A stretch of 64,000 nucleotides of DNA from the IMG/VR virus record IMGVR_UViG_3300048803_000071, positions 28,783-92,782 of that record; one strand, 5' to 3'. Under the pieces are notes generated by a model. That model had not been told where the DNA came from. It worked only from the letters and a program-made list of their open reading frames with translations, and made no database searches. The stretch's first letter is position 1. The number at the start of each line of letters is the position of its first letter. The position numbers and the translations under genes are program-made. The DNA comes from a virus (lineage: Duplodnaviria; Caudoviricetes). Shown piece by piece: positions 10,101-19,268 of the stretch.

Positions 10101-10550
10101 TAATAAATGGTCCGATATCTTATTTACATCTTTTATACCGATGGTCTTTTTTTCCTTGTGTTCAACTTTTGCAGGATCAAGTATTGTGATTTTATTTTCT
10201 GATTCCGGTTTATCTTCTCCGAATATATTCCGGGTGTTCTGATAATCTTTTTTTGGAATACTTAAAATTTTTCCTTTTTCTGATACGTTTACCCTTCCCC
10301 TCTTTAAATGGTCCGGAATATTTATTTTTGATACTTCTGAAAACTCGGGTAATTTAAATTTTGTTTCAAGCTCTTCCCTGGAAATTTTTCCATCTAAGAA
10401 ATTGTTGACATGGCTCATCTTTTCATAATCTTTATCATCAGCCATGCCGCTTAGATGTTTCGAATATAAATTTTTATACTCGTTTTTTATAGTCGGGTGC
10501 AGGTTATTGAATATTTCCTGCTTCTCTATTGATTTAAATAATGATTCCAT
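7149..10550 (-). CDS. large polyvalent/internal head protein
   Basis: 1133 aa, highly charged; LFKSI, LMKAI, FIKSI, ILKSF, IEKSL sites; three F..LHP(S/T) repeats; QLSLF motif. Confidence 0.6.
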   Translation of the reverse strand: MESLFKSIEKQEIFNNLHPTIKNEYKNLYSKHLSGMADDKDYEKMSHVNNFLDGKISREELETKFKLPEFSEVSKINIPDHLKRGRVNVSEKGKILSIPKKDYQNTRNIFGEDKPESENKITILDPAKVEHKEKKTIGIKDVNKISDHLLESLKRNNKLNDLGSDEREYFRRINHKKENNFPLSATEESHLSKFNDYFGGKIEPKALIEHLGLRLMKAIKPNPNQLSLFGKEETPKLKDIIKPVKTVAVGSQGEPKGTQLNAFERFDKLHPSIKEEYTKQLLPRLKAGTHTPEDKEKAETLNNYVNGLSGEEEVSKKFNPVKINIKDGKWHEEGTDLFEGGSLGKKLNEYNTHTNFLNNPKPEHKALADEVKKLHNNNDDEIREHFNNTVGRWRNHDTKPVMPDQRATLMDHERFTDNPEYGQVQDLPEEHKKEIDKFGTGEKFANAVKSGEISPGLKKYLKTFKTDHINQDNEKINKKRDWTMYKGKDSKNDEIWDSDNLKRWFKFPTMSNRETINESGEFDREKAKRNTVLLKRLADKKISNEMFDALKEETGGRNKKQPFSKEYQTSKANPKINPELENNAVSYSDYKKGDKFNYAGQNHTINDVKDDFVFAKGDDGRKRAIKKADIENIKHATPDFDIHSEKFKDLLRGKKKDDMDMLTSDFDIDEMGETPLIKKLKSLGYNKDDMQKIHNYINGKKPIPGEYERGQKSKKKLAEQSSIMNLLDNEGNYKSEDIDNLKNLGNEFDPNSEYAKNVKEYNDKKKDYENLINQKKDKVFNLLHPSANPDYHDKIENKDPELLQQHPELQNLAKENHDFEDFKGNVEKNPNFKSYLPKENKEKIEKINNRKEEIIQNIAHINISQDKKARGMRDEARAKVEEERAKLAEPHEKELSELNYKLKELSKPDFDLMGFHSTSKLNELDKKTRNYDEVHPLSTITKENIYKNLDSIRNSSYNTEQIATKLGIKPNRYTDIEIKKHLKQLENEGKIGLSKDKMGAVRAFIKSITQPYYYLSEKYKKMKLIRNSEERTVDLIKGLSPREVWENADSYRREGLENLSRIIHLSGSLNNDYDKILKSFKDNLYVFCLLLDRQEDIIRQPNFQEIEKSLPIIEAGWDEEKNKPVSIYRDPIL

Positions 10551-10553
10551 TAA

Positions 10554-12518
10554 TTAAATAATTTCACTTTCCTTCTGTAATTCTTCAAAAATTTCCGCTA
10601 TCGATTTATACTTGAATTTCCGTGCATTTACAGCGAATTGAGCTTCGCTTATTGTAGATTCATCAAAACCTTCCTTGTGGGATAAAACATGATCTGCAAA
10701 TGCCTGCACTTCCATTTTATGCTCTTTTGCTTTTTTAGTCAGTAATCCCGGGTGTTTTATTTCTATTGATTTGAATAATTCATCGAATAAATTTTCACAT
10801 GGATTCTCCGCCGGCTTTAAATCTGTAAATTTCCTTTTGGGAAACAAAATAAAAGATTTTTTAACCACTTCTTTTTTTTTAATAATTAATGTTTTCATTC
10901 TGTTTGTATTTAATGATTTTTCAAATTTGCTGTTTTCACCGGCTTGCTGTAAATGACTATTAAGTAAATTTTCCATCCGTGTATGTGATATCTCACCTTT
11001 AGAATATTTCCCCAGATGATGTAGTAATTTTTGTTCCTCTTCTGTTGACGTTCTGTTATCGTGTTTTTTATAATAATTTTTATAAATCGCTTTAGGGTCA
11101 GCCATTTCTTTTATTTCCTTGAACCCTATTCCGTTTATGTTCTTTGTCCCTATTGCAAATCTTTTATCGATACTCGGATCTATCTTTTTATGCAGTTCGT
11201 CGATGTTTTGATTGAAATTGTCCGGGTGTAATATCTCTATCTTTTCAGGCTTCACACCAAATAATCCTGTCTGCGATTCGTCAAAGGATTTATCTATGTC
11301 TAAAGTTGTAATTATATGCAGATGTTCTTTTTCTTTTTCATCTGGCTGTAAATCAAGCATCCTCAGTGTTACATTTGGATTGGAATGAAGATTATTTAAT
11401 ATATCCTCCGGTAAACCTTTTTTTACGTCTATCCAGTCCCATTTACTTACTTCTTCATCAGGGTCTTTGGCGCTCGAGGTCCTGTTGAACCTGTCATTTA
11501 AAAGGAATGCGTGAATCATCAACTGCTCACCTTCCTTGTTTGTTATTCTCTCGTGACCCAAATATGTTAATTCATTCTTATCCGCTTTAATACCTGATTC
11601 TTCATGTAATTCCCGCAAAGCACATTCTACAGGGTTTTCGCCTTGCTTCCCGTGGCCCCCCGGTAATACCCATTTCCCGTTATCTTTTCTCTTTCCCATT
11701 AATATAAAACCATCATGCATTACAGCAACACTGCTTACCATGGAATCACTGTCTTTTTCTGATATTGATTTTGAAACTCCTATATATTTTATTGATTTGA
11801 ATACGGCATCTAATGGGTTTTTAACTGCTTTGTCCGCTCCCTTAAATCCATAAGCTGTGTTGTAATCGTCCCAAAGTTTCTTATGATATTTTTCTTCATT
11901 TTCAGATGGTTTTAAGAAACCGGTGTCCCCTTTATTCTTATTTTTGAAATCAACATATCCATGTAAAGCATCTATAAAGTCTAACTTATCTTTAGGCTCT
12001 TTTATTCTGCCGTAAACTGTGTGTGGTTTATAATAACTGCTCTCTGAAACATTAAGCTGTGGAGCATATTTCTCTGTTAATGATTGAAGTGTTTTTCTGT
12101 ATTTCGTCTCCGGTTGAACACTTTTTCCCATCGGCAGCAAGCTTTTAAAGAAAGTTTTAAGCTTTGATTCTTTCTTTAAATATTCACTTGGATTATAATT
12201 CTTTGGTAATGGTCTTTCTGTTGTGGGCTTTGTCCTGATATCGTGATAAAACTTGTTTACATTATGCCACTCATCCATGAAATGACGCGGGTTATTCTGT
12301 CCTTTAACTTTTTGTACTTCGTTATATAAATCCTTGTTTTGTTTGAAATCCTCTTCAATTCCTGCTCCGTGGTATCCTGTGAAAAACTTCCAATCGTCAA
12401 ACTTCGGCTTTATAGCTTCCTTCGCTAATAAGGGATATTTTTTTTCAAGTGCATATCCCGGATGCGTTTTTTCGAATATACTCGGCTGTTCATATGCTTT
12501 TATCAATAATAGTTTCAT
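10554..12518 (-). CDS. polyvalent head protein with Nudix hydrolase domain
   Basis: Perfect Nudix box GHGKQGENPVECALRELHEESGI; about 10 K-[S/A] sites. Confidence 0.8.
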   Translation of the reverse strand: MKLLLIKAYEQPSIFEKTHPGYALEKKYPLLAKEAIKPKFDDWKFFTGYHGAGIEEDFKQNKDLYNEVQKVKGQNNPRHFMDEWHNVNKFYHDIRTKPTTERPLPKNYNPSEYLKKESKLKTFFKSLLPMGKSVQPETKYRKTLQSLTEKYAPQLNVSESSYYKPHTVYGRIKEPKDKLDFIDALHGYVDFKNKNKGDTGFLKPSENEEKYHKKLWDDYNTAYGFKGADKAVKNPLDAVFKSIKYIGVSKSISEKDSDSMVSSVAVMHDGFILMGKRKDNGKWVLPGGHGKQGENPVECALRELHEESGIKADKNELTYLGHERITNKEGEQLMIHAFLLNDRFNRTSSAKDPDEEVSKWDWIDVKKGLPEDILNNLHSNPNVTLRMLDLQPDEKEKEHLHIITTLDIDKSFDESQTGLFGVKPEKIEILHPDNFNQNIDELHKKIDPSIDKRFAIGTKNINGIGFKEIKEMADPKAIYKNYYKKHDNRTSTEEEQKLLHHLGKYSKGEISHTRMENLLNSHLQQAGENSKFEKSLNTNRMKTLIIKKKEVVKKSFILFPKRKFTDLKPAENPCENLFDELFKSIEIKHPGLLTKKAKEHKMEVQAFADHVLSHKEGFDESTISEAQFAVNARKFKYKSIAEIFEELQKESEII

Positions 12519-15500
12519 TTATACTAATAATGTTATAAAATTATTTTCAATTGGATCATAAAATGATTTTTTTACCTGGTTTTTCTTAAAGTCGTAAAAG
12601 TCTGCGTATCTTTTAAAGAAATTGTTCTTGAATTTTTTAATGTCTTTTTCTTCATCTGTTATAGTTCCTGCATATAATGAATCTCCTGCGTTCTTTAAAT
12701 TGTCAACTGACTCTTGATACTTTTTGAATGCTTCCTTCTGCTCATCTGCCGGTAAGTCCATTATGAACTTTATTCCTTTGACAGGTGTGCTCTCTTCATA
12801 TAGTTTATCCTGACCCTTTAATTCTTTTTTTCCTGAATTTTTGTCTTTGATTACTTGCTCTATATCCGGCTTTAAATCGTAATAAGGATTGTTCGTTTTT
12901 AAGTCTATTAAATCCTTAATATGATTGTTCTTGAACTCCAGTATTTGTCGTTTTTCTTTTTCCGGTAATTTATCTATTAAATCCTCAGTCCCTTTACTGA
13001 AATATCCACCCTTGAATATTTCATTTATTTTTTCCTTGCCTTCAGGTGTAAGTCCTTCTTTGTCGTTATAGTAATTCATCTTCTCATCATCGGATACTAC
13101 TCCCATTTTATTGAGTTCGTCTATCATCTTAATCGCATTCTTCGGCTCGTTCAAGTGCCTGTTAATTGTAGTTCCTTTCGGAATCATATTAAATAATTTA
13201 CTCCTGTTTTCTTCCGTTAATGAGGATTGCAGCATCTTATTTTGTGCTTCTTTCGATAAAGTTTTTGTAACATCTTTATCCATAGCAGCTGTAAGTTTTG
13301 TATAATCTTCATTGTGCTTGCCAAAATTGTAAGGCGTTCCGTCTTTATGTATTGCCATTCTTACAAGGTCCGGATTTCCTGCGCCGTCAATTTCTTTATG
13401 TAAATTATTTTTTTGTTCCTCTGATAATTTATCAAAATTTGGCATCTGAGGTAATATGGTTTCCTTAAGATATTTTTTATTATCTGCTATTTGCTCCGGT
13501 GATAATAATTTCTTACTGTTATCCCTGTTCCTGCCTGCCATTAAATCCCCTTTTTCACCTACTACTGAAGTGTTTGTCATTGCCTGCGGTGAAGTGTTTA
13601 TCGCTTCTTCTTTCTTGAATTTATCTGCTACATCTAATGTGAATTTTCTGTTTGCTTCCCCTTCCGTACCAAGATCGTGATAGTTCTTTATCTGAGTATC
13701 TTTTCCTTCTAAAGAAGTTTGTGGAAATTGTTCGTTTTTTATAAATGGTATTTTTTCCGCTTTGTCTGCTCTTTTAAAGTGTGCTTCTGTTGGATTGTGT
13801 GAATTTATTGTGTCTCCCTTTGATAAGTCTATCAGGTGCCATTCTGCGTCTGTATTATCAAAGTCCTTATTTTTCATCGATAATTTTGTCTTGCCAAGGT
13901 CTATACCTAATTTCCCGTTTATCGATCTTTCTTTAAGAGGAGATATTTTGTTGTATACATCTTTTATGTAATCCGTTACCGGTTTTTGTTCCTGTTTCTT
14001 ATTTTCTTCAACTGCCTTTGTTTGTTCTTGTTTTAAGTTTTTTCTTGTTTCTGTTGCTTCTTTCAAATTCTGTTCAGCTTGCTTTTTGTCACTCTCTTCT
14101 TTTTCTCTCACTTTGATTCTATCGGCTACTTTTTCGTGCCATTTATTTTTATCATCACTTAATATTTTATCCAGTTCACCACTTCCGTTCTTTTCATAAT
14201 TATGGTTTACAGGTTTATAATCCGGTGGTTCCGTTAAACCGGTTCCTCTGTTGATTTTGTTTACATTCTCCCCGTATTTATTAACGGCGTCGTGAATATC
14301 TTTTCCTATATCGTTTTCGTGCTTATAAAGTGATTCCTCATTGTAATCTTTGTTTATATCCGGGACATTGTGTTTTTGATGGAGCTCTGCAAGCTTATCT
14401 ACTAATTTTTCTTTTTCTTTCCCTAATTTTGAGACATCCGGCTGGTAATTTTGAGATTGTGAGTTTTTGAAATCATTTATGTTTACGATCTTTAATCCTT
14501 TTATTTTACCGTTAGGTGATTTTTCTACTCCAAATTCTGTCATCGGAGCTATATGCAGCTCACCGTTTTTTAAATCAACATCTACTACTTTAAATTTCTT
14601 TCCAGCAGCTGTTTGTCTTTTGGCAAAATCTTCTTCTCCTTCACCTTCTTTTTTCTTTAATGATTTATTTGGGAATGTGAATTCAGGATTAGTTATTTTT
14701 TTCTTGATCTGATTTGTCTCAGGGTCATACTCGGATTCTATACCTACATCTCCAACTCCTAATTTATGATTGTATTTATTTTCTCCTATTTTCTCCCTGT
14801 TGTGTTCACCCGGGACCAGATTATTTAACTTATCAAGATGATTTTTCATGTCGACACTTTGTGTTTCAGGAGATTCTGTTTGTGCTAATCTCCTCTTAAG
14901 CTCATCAATTTCCATTGTAGGCTGCTCTTCACTGCTTGTTTCAATTGAAGGCTTGGAATTCCTTTTTAAGTTTTCCGATATCTTCTCGTGACCCTTTTCT
15001 CCTGTAAACTTATAATCATCATGCTTTACTAAAAATGGTTCATCGGATTTATTTACCTGGACGATCGCTCCTTCCGGATGCTCCGCTAATACTTCTCTGT
15101 ACTTTTTTGCACCCAGATGATTGAATTCAATTACATCGCCTTTCTCAGCAACTTTATTTCTGTTATATTCATTGTGCTTGAAAGGTTTGTCATAATCTGC
15201 AGCGTCTGTATAATATAATTTGTTGTCTCCTTGTCTTGCCGTTATATGACCCTGGGAATCTGCATAAGTAACGTCATGCTTCTTCCCGTCTTTCATAATT
15301 ACATCACCTTTTTTTAACTCGTGATGATATTTTTTTGTGCCGTTATCTAATGTTACTTTCTCCGATTTCGCAAAGTCAATTCCTTTTTGCTTTACGTTTG
15401 CTCTGTTCACTGAAAATAAATTCCCGGTCTTATCTTTCACTAACATTTTATTGTAGTCCTGTAATCCGTTTTCCGCAGGTAGTGGGTTTATATGTGAATG

Positions 15501-16424
15501 GACCGTATATTCTTTTCCCTGGTGCTCAACTTTTTCACCCGGCAGGAAAATCTTACCCTTGAGAGCAGGGTGGTCAATCGTGGGATTCCCGCTTTCATCA
15601 AGAGGTGTAGTGCTGGTTGTAAAACTATTGCCTTTCTTGTAATGATAATTGTACCTGTCTGTTTCAGATTTCGAATTATTATTTAAAGAAATATGACTAA
15701 GGATATTAGAGGAAGAAGGTGTTTCTTTTGATTTATCGAGCCTTGCTACTTTCCCTGTGTCGAGGTCCATAACTGCCGGATTCAACGGTTTATTTATAGT
15801 TTCTGTACCGGAACTCTTTAATCCTGTTACTAAATTCTTTAATTTCGAACCGAAAGATTGTTTGACTTCCGGAACTTTTTCGATTGATGGTGTCTGGGGA
15901 ACTTGCTTAAACGAACTTTCAGGCTGCTCGGTAAAGCCGGTCTTTGGAATTTTACCTTTCATAGCATCTAACTCGTAATCAAATCCTTTATTTATCCGGG
16001 AAATAAAAGATTTATATATAAACGTATGGTTTTTTCTTTCTTCTTCATTTACTGTTTCTTTTATATCTCGTGCTATTGCAAGAGATTTTAATAAAACATC
16101 TAATCTTACAGGATGTAAATCTTTTCTGTGTAATACTTTGTTTCGAACACCACCTGTATTTACAACTGCGAAACGCTCGGAATAATCGACTAAAATCCCG
16201 GTACAATTATTTATTTCAACAGGAATGCCCTTTTTCAACCAATTGTTTTCTAAATAGAAATATCTGTCTTTGATTTCCGTAACTTCGTATCCTCCTAATA
16301 GTATCTCTTGGTATCCGTCCTTTGGCGTTGAAAATAATTCCACACCTTTTTTAAGGTCCTCTGTGTAGTAATATTTATTTTCAGTCTCTATTATCTTCAT
16401 TTTCATTAAATTTGTACCTGCCAC
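12519..16424 (-). CDS. large polyvalent protein with DdrB-like ParB-superfamily domain
   Basis: 1301 aa; segment INSHNP...NEQFP...TQIKNY...SVVGEKGDLMAGRNR resembles the ddrB-ParB domain of phage polyvalent proteins. Confidence 0.6.
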   Translation of the reverse strand: MAGTNLMKMKIIETENKYYYTEDLKKGVELFSTPKDGYQEILLGGYEVTEIKDRYFYLENNWLKKGIPVEINNCTGILVDYSERFAVVNTGGVRNKVLHRKDLHPVRLDVLLKSLAIARDIKETVNEEERKNHTFIYKSFISRINKGFDYELDAMKGKIPKTGFTEQPESSFKQVPQTPSIEKVPEVKQSFGSKLKNLVTGLKSSGTETINKPLNPAVMDLDTGKVARLDKSKETPSSSNILSHISLNNNSKSETDRYNYHYKKGNSFTTSTTPLDESGNPTIDHPALKGKIFLPGEKVEHQGKEYTVHSHINPLPAENGLQDYNKMLVKDKTGNLFSVNRANVKQKGIDFAKSEKVTLDNGTKKYHHELKKGDVIMKDGKKHDVTYADSQGHITARQGDNKLYYTDAADYDKPFKHNEYNRNKVAEKGDVIEFNHLGAKKYREVLAEHPEGAIVQVNKSDEPFLVKHDDYKFTGEKGHEKISENLKRNSKPSIETSSEEQPTMEIDELKRRLAQTESPETQSVDMKNHLDKLNNLVPGEHNREKIGENKYNHKLGVGDVGIESEYDPETNQIKKKITNPEFTFPNKSLKKKEGEGEEDFAKRQTAAGKKFKVVDVDLKNGELHIAPMTEFGVEKSPNGKIKGLKIVNINDFKNSQSQNYQPDVSKLGKEKEKLVDKLAELHQKHNVPDINKDYNEESLYKHENDIGKDIHDAVNKYGENVNKINRGTGLTEPPDYKPVNHNYEKNGSGELDKILSDDKNKWHEKVADRIKVREKEESDKKQAEQNLKEATETRKNLKQEQTKAVEENKKQEQKPVTDYIKDVYNKISPLKERSINGKLGIDLGKTKLSMKNKDFDNTDAEWHLIDLSKGDTINSHNPTEAHFKRADKAEKIPFIKNEQFPQTSLEGKDTQIKNYHDLGTEGEANRKFTLDVADKFKKEEAINTSPQAMTNTSVVGEKGDLMAGRNRDNSKKLLSPEQIADNKKYLKETILPQMPNFDKLSEEQKNNLHKEIDGAGNPDLVRMAIHKDGTPYNFGKHNEDYTKLTAAMDKDVTKTLSKEAQNKMLQSSLTEENRSKLFNMIPKGTTINRHLNEPKNAIKMIDELNKMGVVSDDEKMNYYNDKEGLTPEGKEKINEIFKGGYFSKGTEDLIDKLPEKEKRQILEFKNNHIKDLIDLKTNNPYYDLKPDIEQVIKDKNSGKKELKGQDKLYEESTPVKGIKFIMDLPADEQKEAFKKYQESVDNLKNAGDSLYAGTITDEEKDIKKFKNNFFKRYADFYDFKKNQVKKSFYDPIENNFITLLV

Positions 16425-16693
16425 TGCTCCTGCAACTTCTTCCTCATCTCAAGTGCCCATAATGTCCAATTATCGTGACACCCCTGGCAGCATAATATTC
16501 CGTTCTCGATGCTTTGAATTTTCTCATTCCCATACTTTTTCCTGTTTGGTTTTGTGTTTGCAACTAAGTGATGTATCGATAATCCATTTTTCTCTCTGCA
16601 ATTAGCGCATTTTCTTCTGTAAAATATCCATATTTCTTTTCTTCTCTCTTCATCAAATGTTTCACTTTTCTTTTTTTGTTTACTTTTTTTCAC
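16406..16693 (-). CDS. HNH endonuclease
   Basis: CxxC...HH...N...CxxCH pattern. Confidence 0.8.
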   Translation of the reverse strand: MKKSKQKKKSETFDEERRKEIWIFYRRKCANCREKNGLSIHHLVANTKPNRKKYGNEKIQSIENGILCCQGCHDNWTLWALEMRKKLQEQWQVQI

Positions 16694-16908
16694 CTTCCTT
16701 CTCCTGCTATTTCCTCACTGCCACTGCTACTTCTTCTATAATCCACTAAATTTGTTTATCTTACTTCTCAAATACTTAATTCTATTTTTTAACGTTCGAT
16801 ATGTAAACCAACCCCTGTAATTATCGATTATATAATTTATTTCCTTTATCCTGAATTGTAACTCGATAATACTTTCAACTCTTTTTTTTATTTTTGGTCT
16901 TTTATCCA

Positions 16909-18645
16909 TTAATTTTTAATTTCTTCCGGCTGCCCATATTTTTGAACTATGTTTTTATCATTATCGCTTAAGTTTCCTTGGCTCGGAGGTTGATTCTGCC
17001 CCGGGGGTTGATTCTGCCCTGCTGGTTGATTCTGTTGCTCAGCAGCTGCTTTTTGCTCTTTCTCAGCTGTTAAAGCCGCTAATTTTGATTTTAAGAATTC
17101 ACCGATTATTGAAGAATCAGCGCCTTTTATATCGTAAATATTAATACCGCCTACCATTAAGACTTGCGGTTCGTCGCCATCTTCAACTATTAAATCGTTA
17201 TATGATTTGGTTGTTGCAAGTTCTTGCTTTCTTACTTCAATCTTTACTCTCTGATCCTCAACTTCTATTCCACGGAATCTGCAAATTATATTCATCCCGG
17301 TCATTTCTTTTAAAACATTCGATTGATTTATTATATCCGATATGTATCTTAAGAATGTGTTTAATCCTTTATCCTTGGATATCTGCAATATTCCGTCGGG
17401 TGCCTGGTCGAAAAGCTTCTTTCCTGTCATAGCGCTTTCGTGCGAACTCATAGATACTTCTTCAGGATTTGTACCGCTCAGCTGGCAAAGGACTGTAAAT
17501 AAGAGTACCATCCATAAATGGAATTCCATTTCTCTTGAATTCGCATTGAAAGGTATAAACTTTGCATCTCCTTTATCATTCAATCCGATGATGGGAAGCC
17601 GGAATCTGTTCTGTGCTCCTGATAAATAAGAGTATAATATCTTTTTAAACTGCTCGATAACTATTCGGTTGGTATTTCCACCTTGGAAGGCAAGCATACC
17701 TTGCGGCGTTCGATTGTTATTGAAGTTACTGCTGTTGTAAGATATGCTGTTCATTATATTAAGGATCATCCGTATTCCCTGCTCGCAAATACTATATCCC
17801 CGGTAAGCATCTCTGAAATCCGAAGCTATAAAGAAGTGACTCTTGATCATATACCTATCTGTAAATCCGGCAAGTCTTACATTATTTTTCTCAAGTACAT
17901 ATCGTATCGCATTGTCTTGGTTCCCGGCAAGTCTGTAATCTGTTGCTCTTTTATAAGCATCCGTTTGTATGTCCCATCTTGGAAATTTCGTCAAACCTTT
18001 GGGTAAAACATGATATATTATAGACGGGTCCACTAAATGAAAACCCAATGGTTTACCGCCTTTAGTTCTTCGGATTTCCGTCGATATATCATCCATATCA
18101 AAAAAATCATTGTATGCAACACCTAACCATTTGGAAAAATTAAATTGATTCCCGTGTTCAAAAGGAGTTACAAAAAAATTCTTTATGAATTTTCTTGAAA
18201 ATTCCTTTAAATTTTGTTTTTCAAGCGATGATGCTTTATATTCCGGATCCTCAAACTCCAATATTAAACCGGCTCTTTTACCCTGTGCTAATCTGCCAAA
18301 CTCTGTGAACTGCAAATCCCTTGTATTCTTGATAAGACGTGCAGCTTCTGTTTTTCCTGCATTTCTTAATATCCTGTATCCTAATGGAATTTGAAATCTT
18401 GTGTCGAGGAAAGTATATTCACTGTCCGATTGTTCACCCGGGACAAATTCATCTGTGTATAGAATGCTCAATAAGTCCTGATTCAAAGATGCATTTAGAT
18501 TGTTGCTTTCCTGCATAGTCTTATACCAGGCATTAAAGTCGCCGTCATTTTCCAGTTTATTGAGTAGTTCTTGATTGTTGTTAACAAGTTCCTCCATAAA
18601 TGGCATAGGATTAACCATAGGGGTATCTTTGGTTGGATTCTCCAT
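16909..18645 (-). CDS. portal protein
   Basis: 578 aa; phage portal motifs (GFHLVDPS, GYS..E, F.NNRTPQGML, REMEF..W, P.E); C-terminal QNQP repeats. Confidence 0.88.
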   Translation of the reverse strand: MENPTKDTPMVNPMPFMEELVNNNQELLNKLENDGDFNAWYKTMQESNNLNASLNQDLLSILYTDEFVPGEQSDSEYTFLDTRFQIPLGYRILRNAGKTEAARLIKNTRDLQFTEFGRLAQGKRAGLILEFEDPEYKASSLEKQNLKEFSRKFIKNFFVTPFEHGNQFNFSKWLGVAYNDFFDMDDISTEIRRTKGGKPLGFHLVDPSIIYHVLPKGLTKFPRWDIQTDAYKRATDYRLAGNQDNAIRYVLEKNNVRLAGFTDRYMIKSHFFIASDFRDAYRGYSICEQGIRMILNIMNSISYNSSNFNNNRTPQGMLAFQGGNTNRIVIEQFKKILYSYLSGAQNRFRLPIIGLNDKGDAKFIPFNANSREMEFHLWMVLLFTVLCQLSGTNPEEVSMSSHESAMTGKKLFDQAPDGILQISKDKGLNTFLRYISDIINQSNVLKEMTGMNIICRFRGIEVEDQRVKIEVRKQELATTKSYNDLIVEDGDEPQVLMVGGINIYDIKGADSSIIGEFLKSKLAALTAEKEQKAAAEQQNQPAGQNQPPGQNQPPSQGNLSDNDKNIVQKYGQPEEIKN

Positions 18646-18655
18646 TAATTAAGGT

Positions 18656-18973
18656 TTAGATTTTTTCAAATTCCGCATCTACGGATAACGAAAAATCAGC
18701 ACTGAAAATAACAAGAAAATGATTTTTTGGTAAAACCATATCTTTTAGAGTTAATGTTTCGTGTGATTCTATAGAATATGCGTAATAAATAGATCCTGTC
18801 TTTGCATTTGCGACACTATCCGGAACGGTAGAATAAAATCCTATAGTCACTTCTGCTTTGGCTGCAGTAGAGTTACAAACCACAATATTGGTTAATTTCA
18901 AATCTGCGCCTTTGTTATTGTAGCAGGTTGTTATTGCAGAACTAATCCCATGAAATAATTTTTTTACGTTCAT
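18656..18973 (-). CDS. small beta-sandwich virion-type protein
   Basis: 105 aa; NIVVCN...VTI...I...ETL pattern typical of small phage structural proteins; no signal peptide. Confidence 0.45.
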   Translation of the reverse strand: MNVKKLFHGISSAITTCYNNKGADLKLTNIVVCNSTAAKAEVTIGFYSTVPDSVANAKTGSIYYAYSIESHETLTLKDMVLPKNHFLVIFSADFSLSVDAEFEKI

Positions 18974-19268
18974 TTTAATTTTCCTTATTTTATTTGATAT
19001 ACCATTGAAAATTTTTGTAAATAAAAGTTTTTGATTGCCATTGAGTATTCCACTTCTCCTCAGATGCTCCGTCTATTAATAATCCGCCTTTTGCTTTTAC
19101 AACTACGTATGTTGCATTTGCATCGATTTTTTTCACCGTACATTCAAACCCATTTGTTATCCCTATGTTAGCTAAATAAACAGTATCATTATTCGAGGCA
19201 TCACAATTTACAAGCATTGTGTTTCTGCCCGAATATATTGTATCGCTTTTATTAGCACCTATTGAATC
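18971..19268. repeat. ~300 bp direct repeat, copy 1 (copy 2 at 22487-22785)
   Basis: Near-identical DNA covering the shared C-terminal domain, stop codon and the start of the next gene. Confidence 0.9.

Noticed and set aside
16985-17035. 18-bp repeats at the portal 3' end as a regulatory element
   Set aside because: They encode a low-complexity QNQP tail
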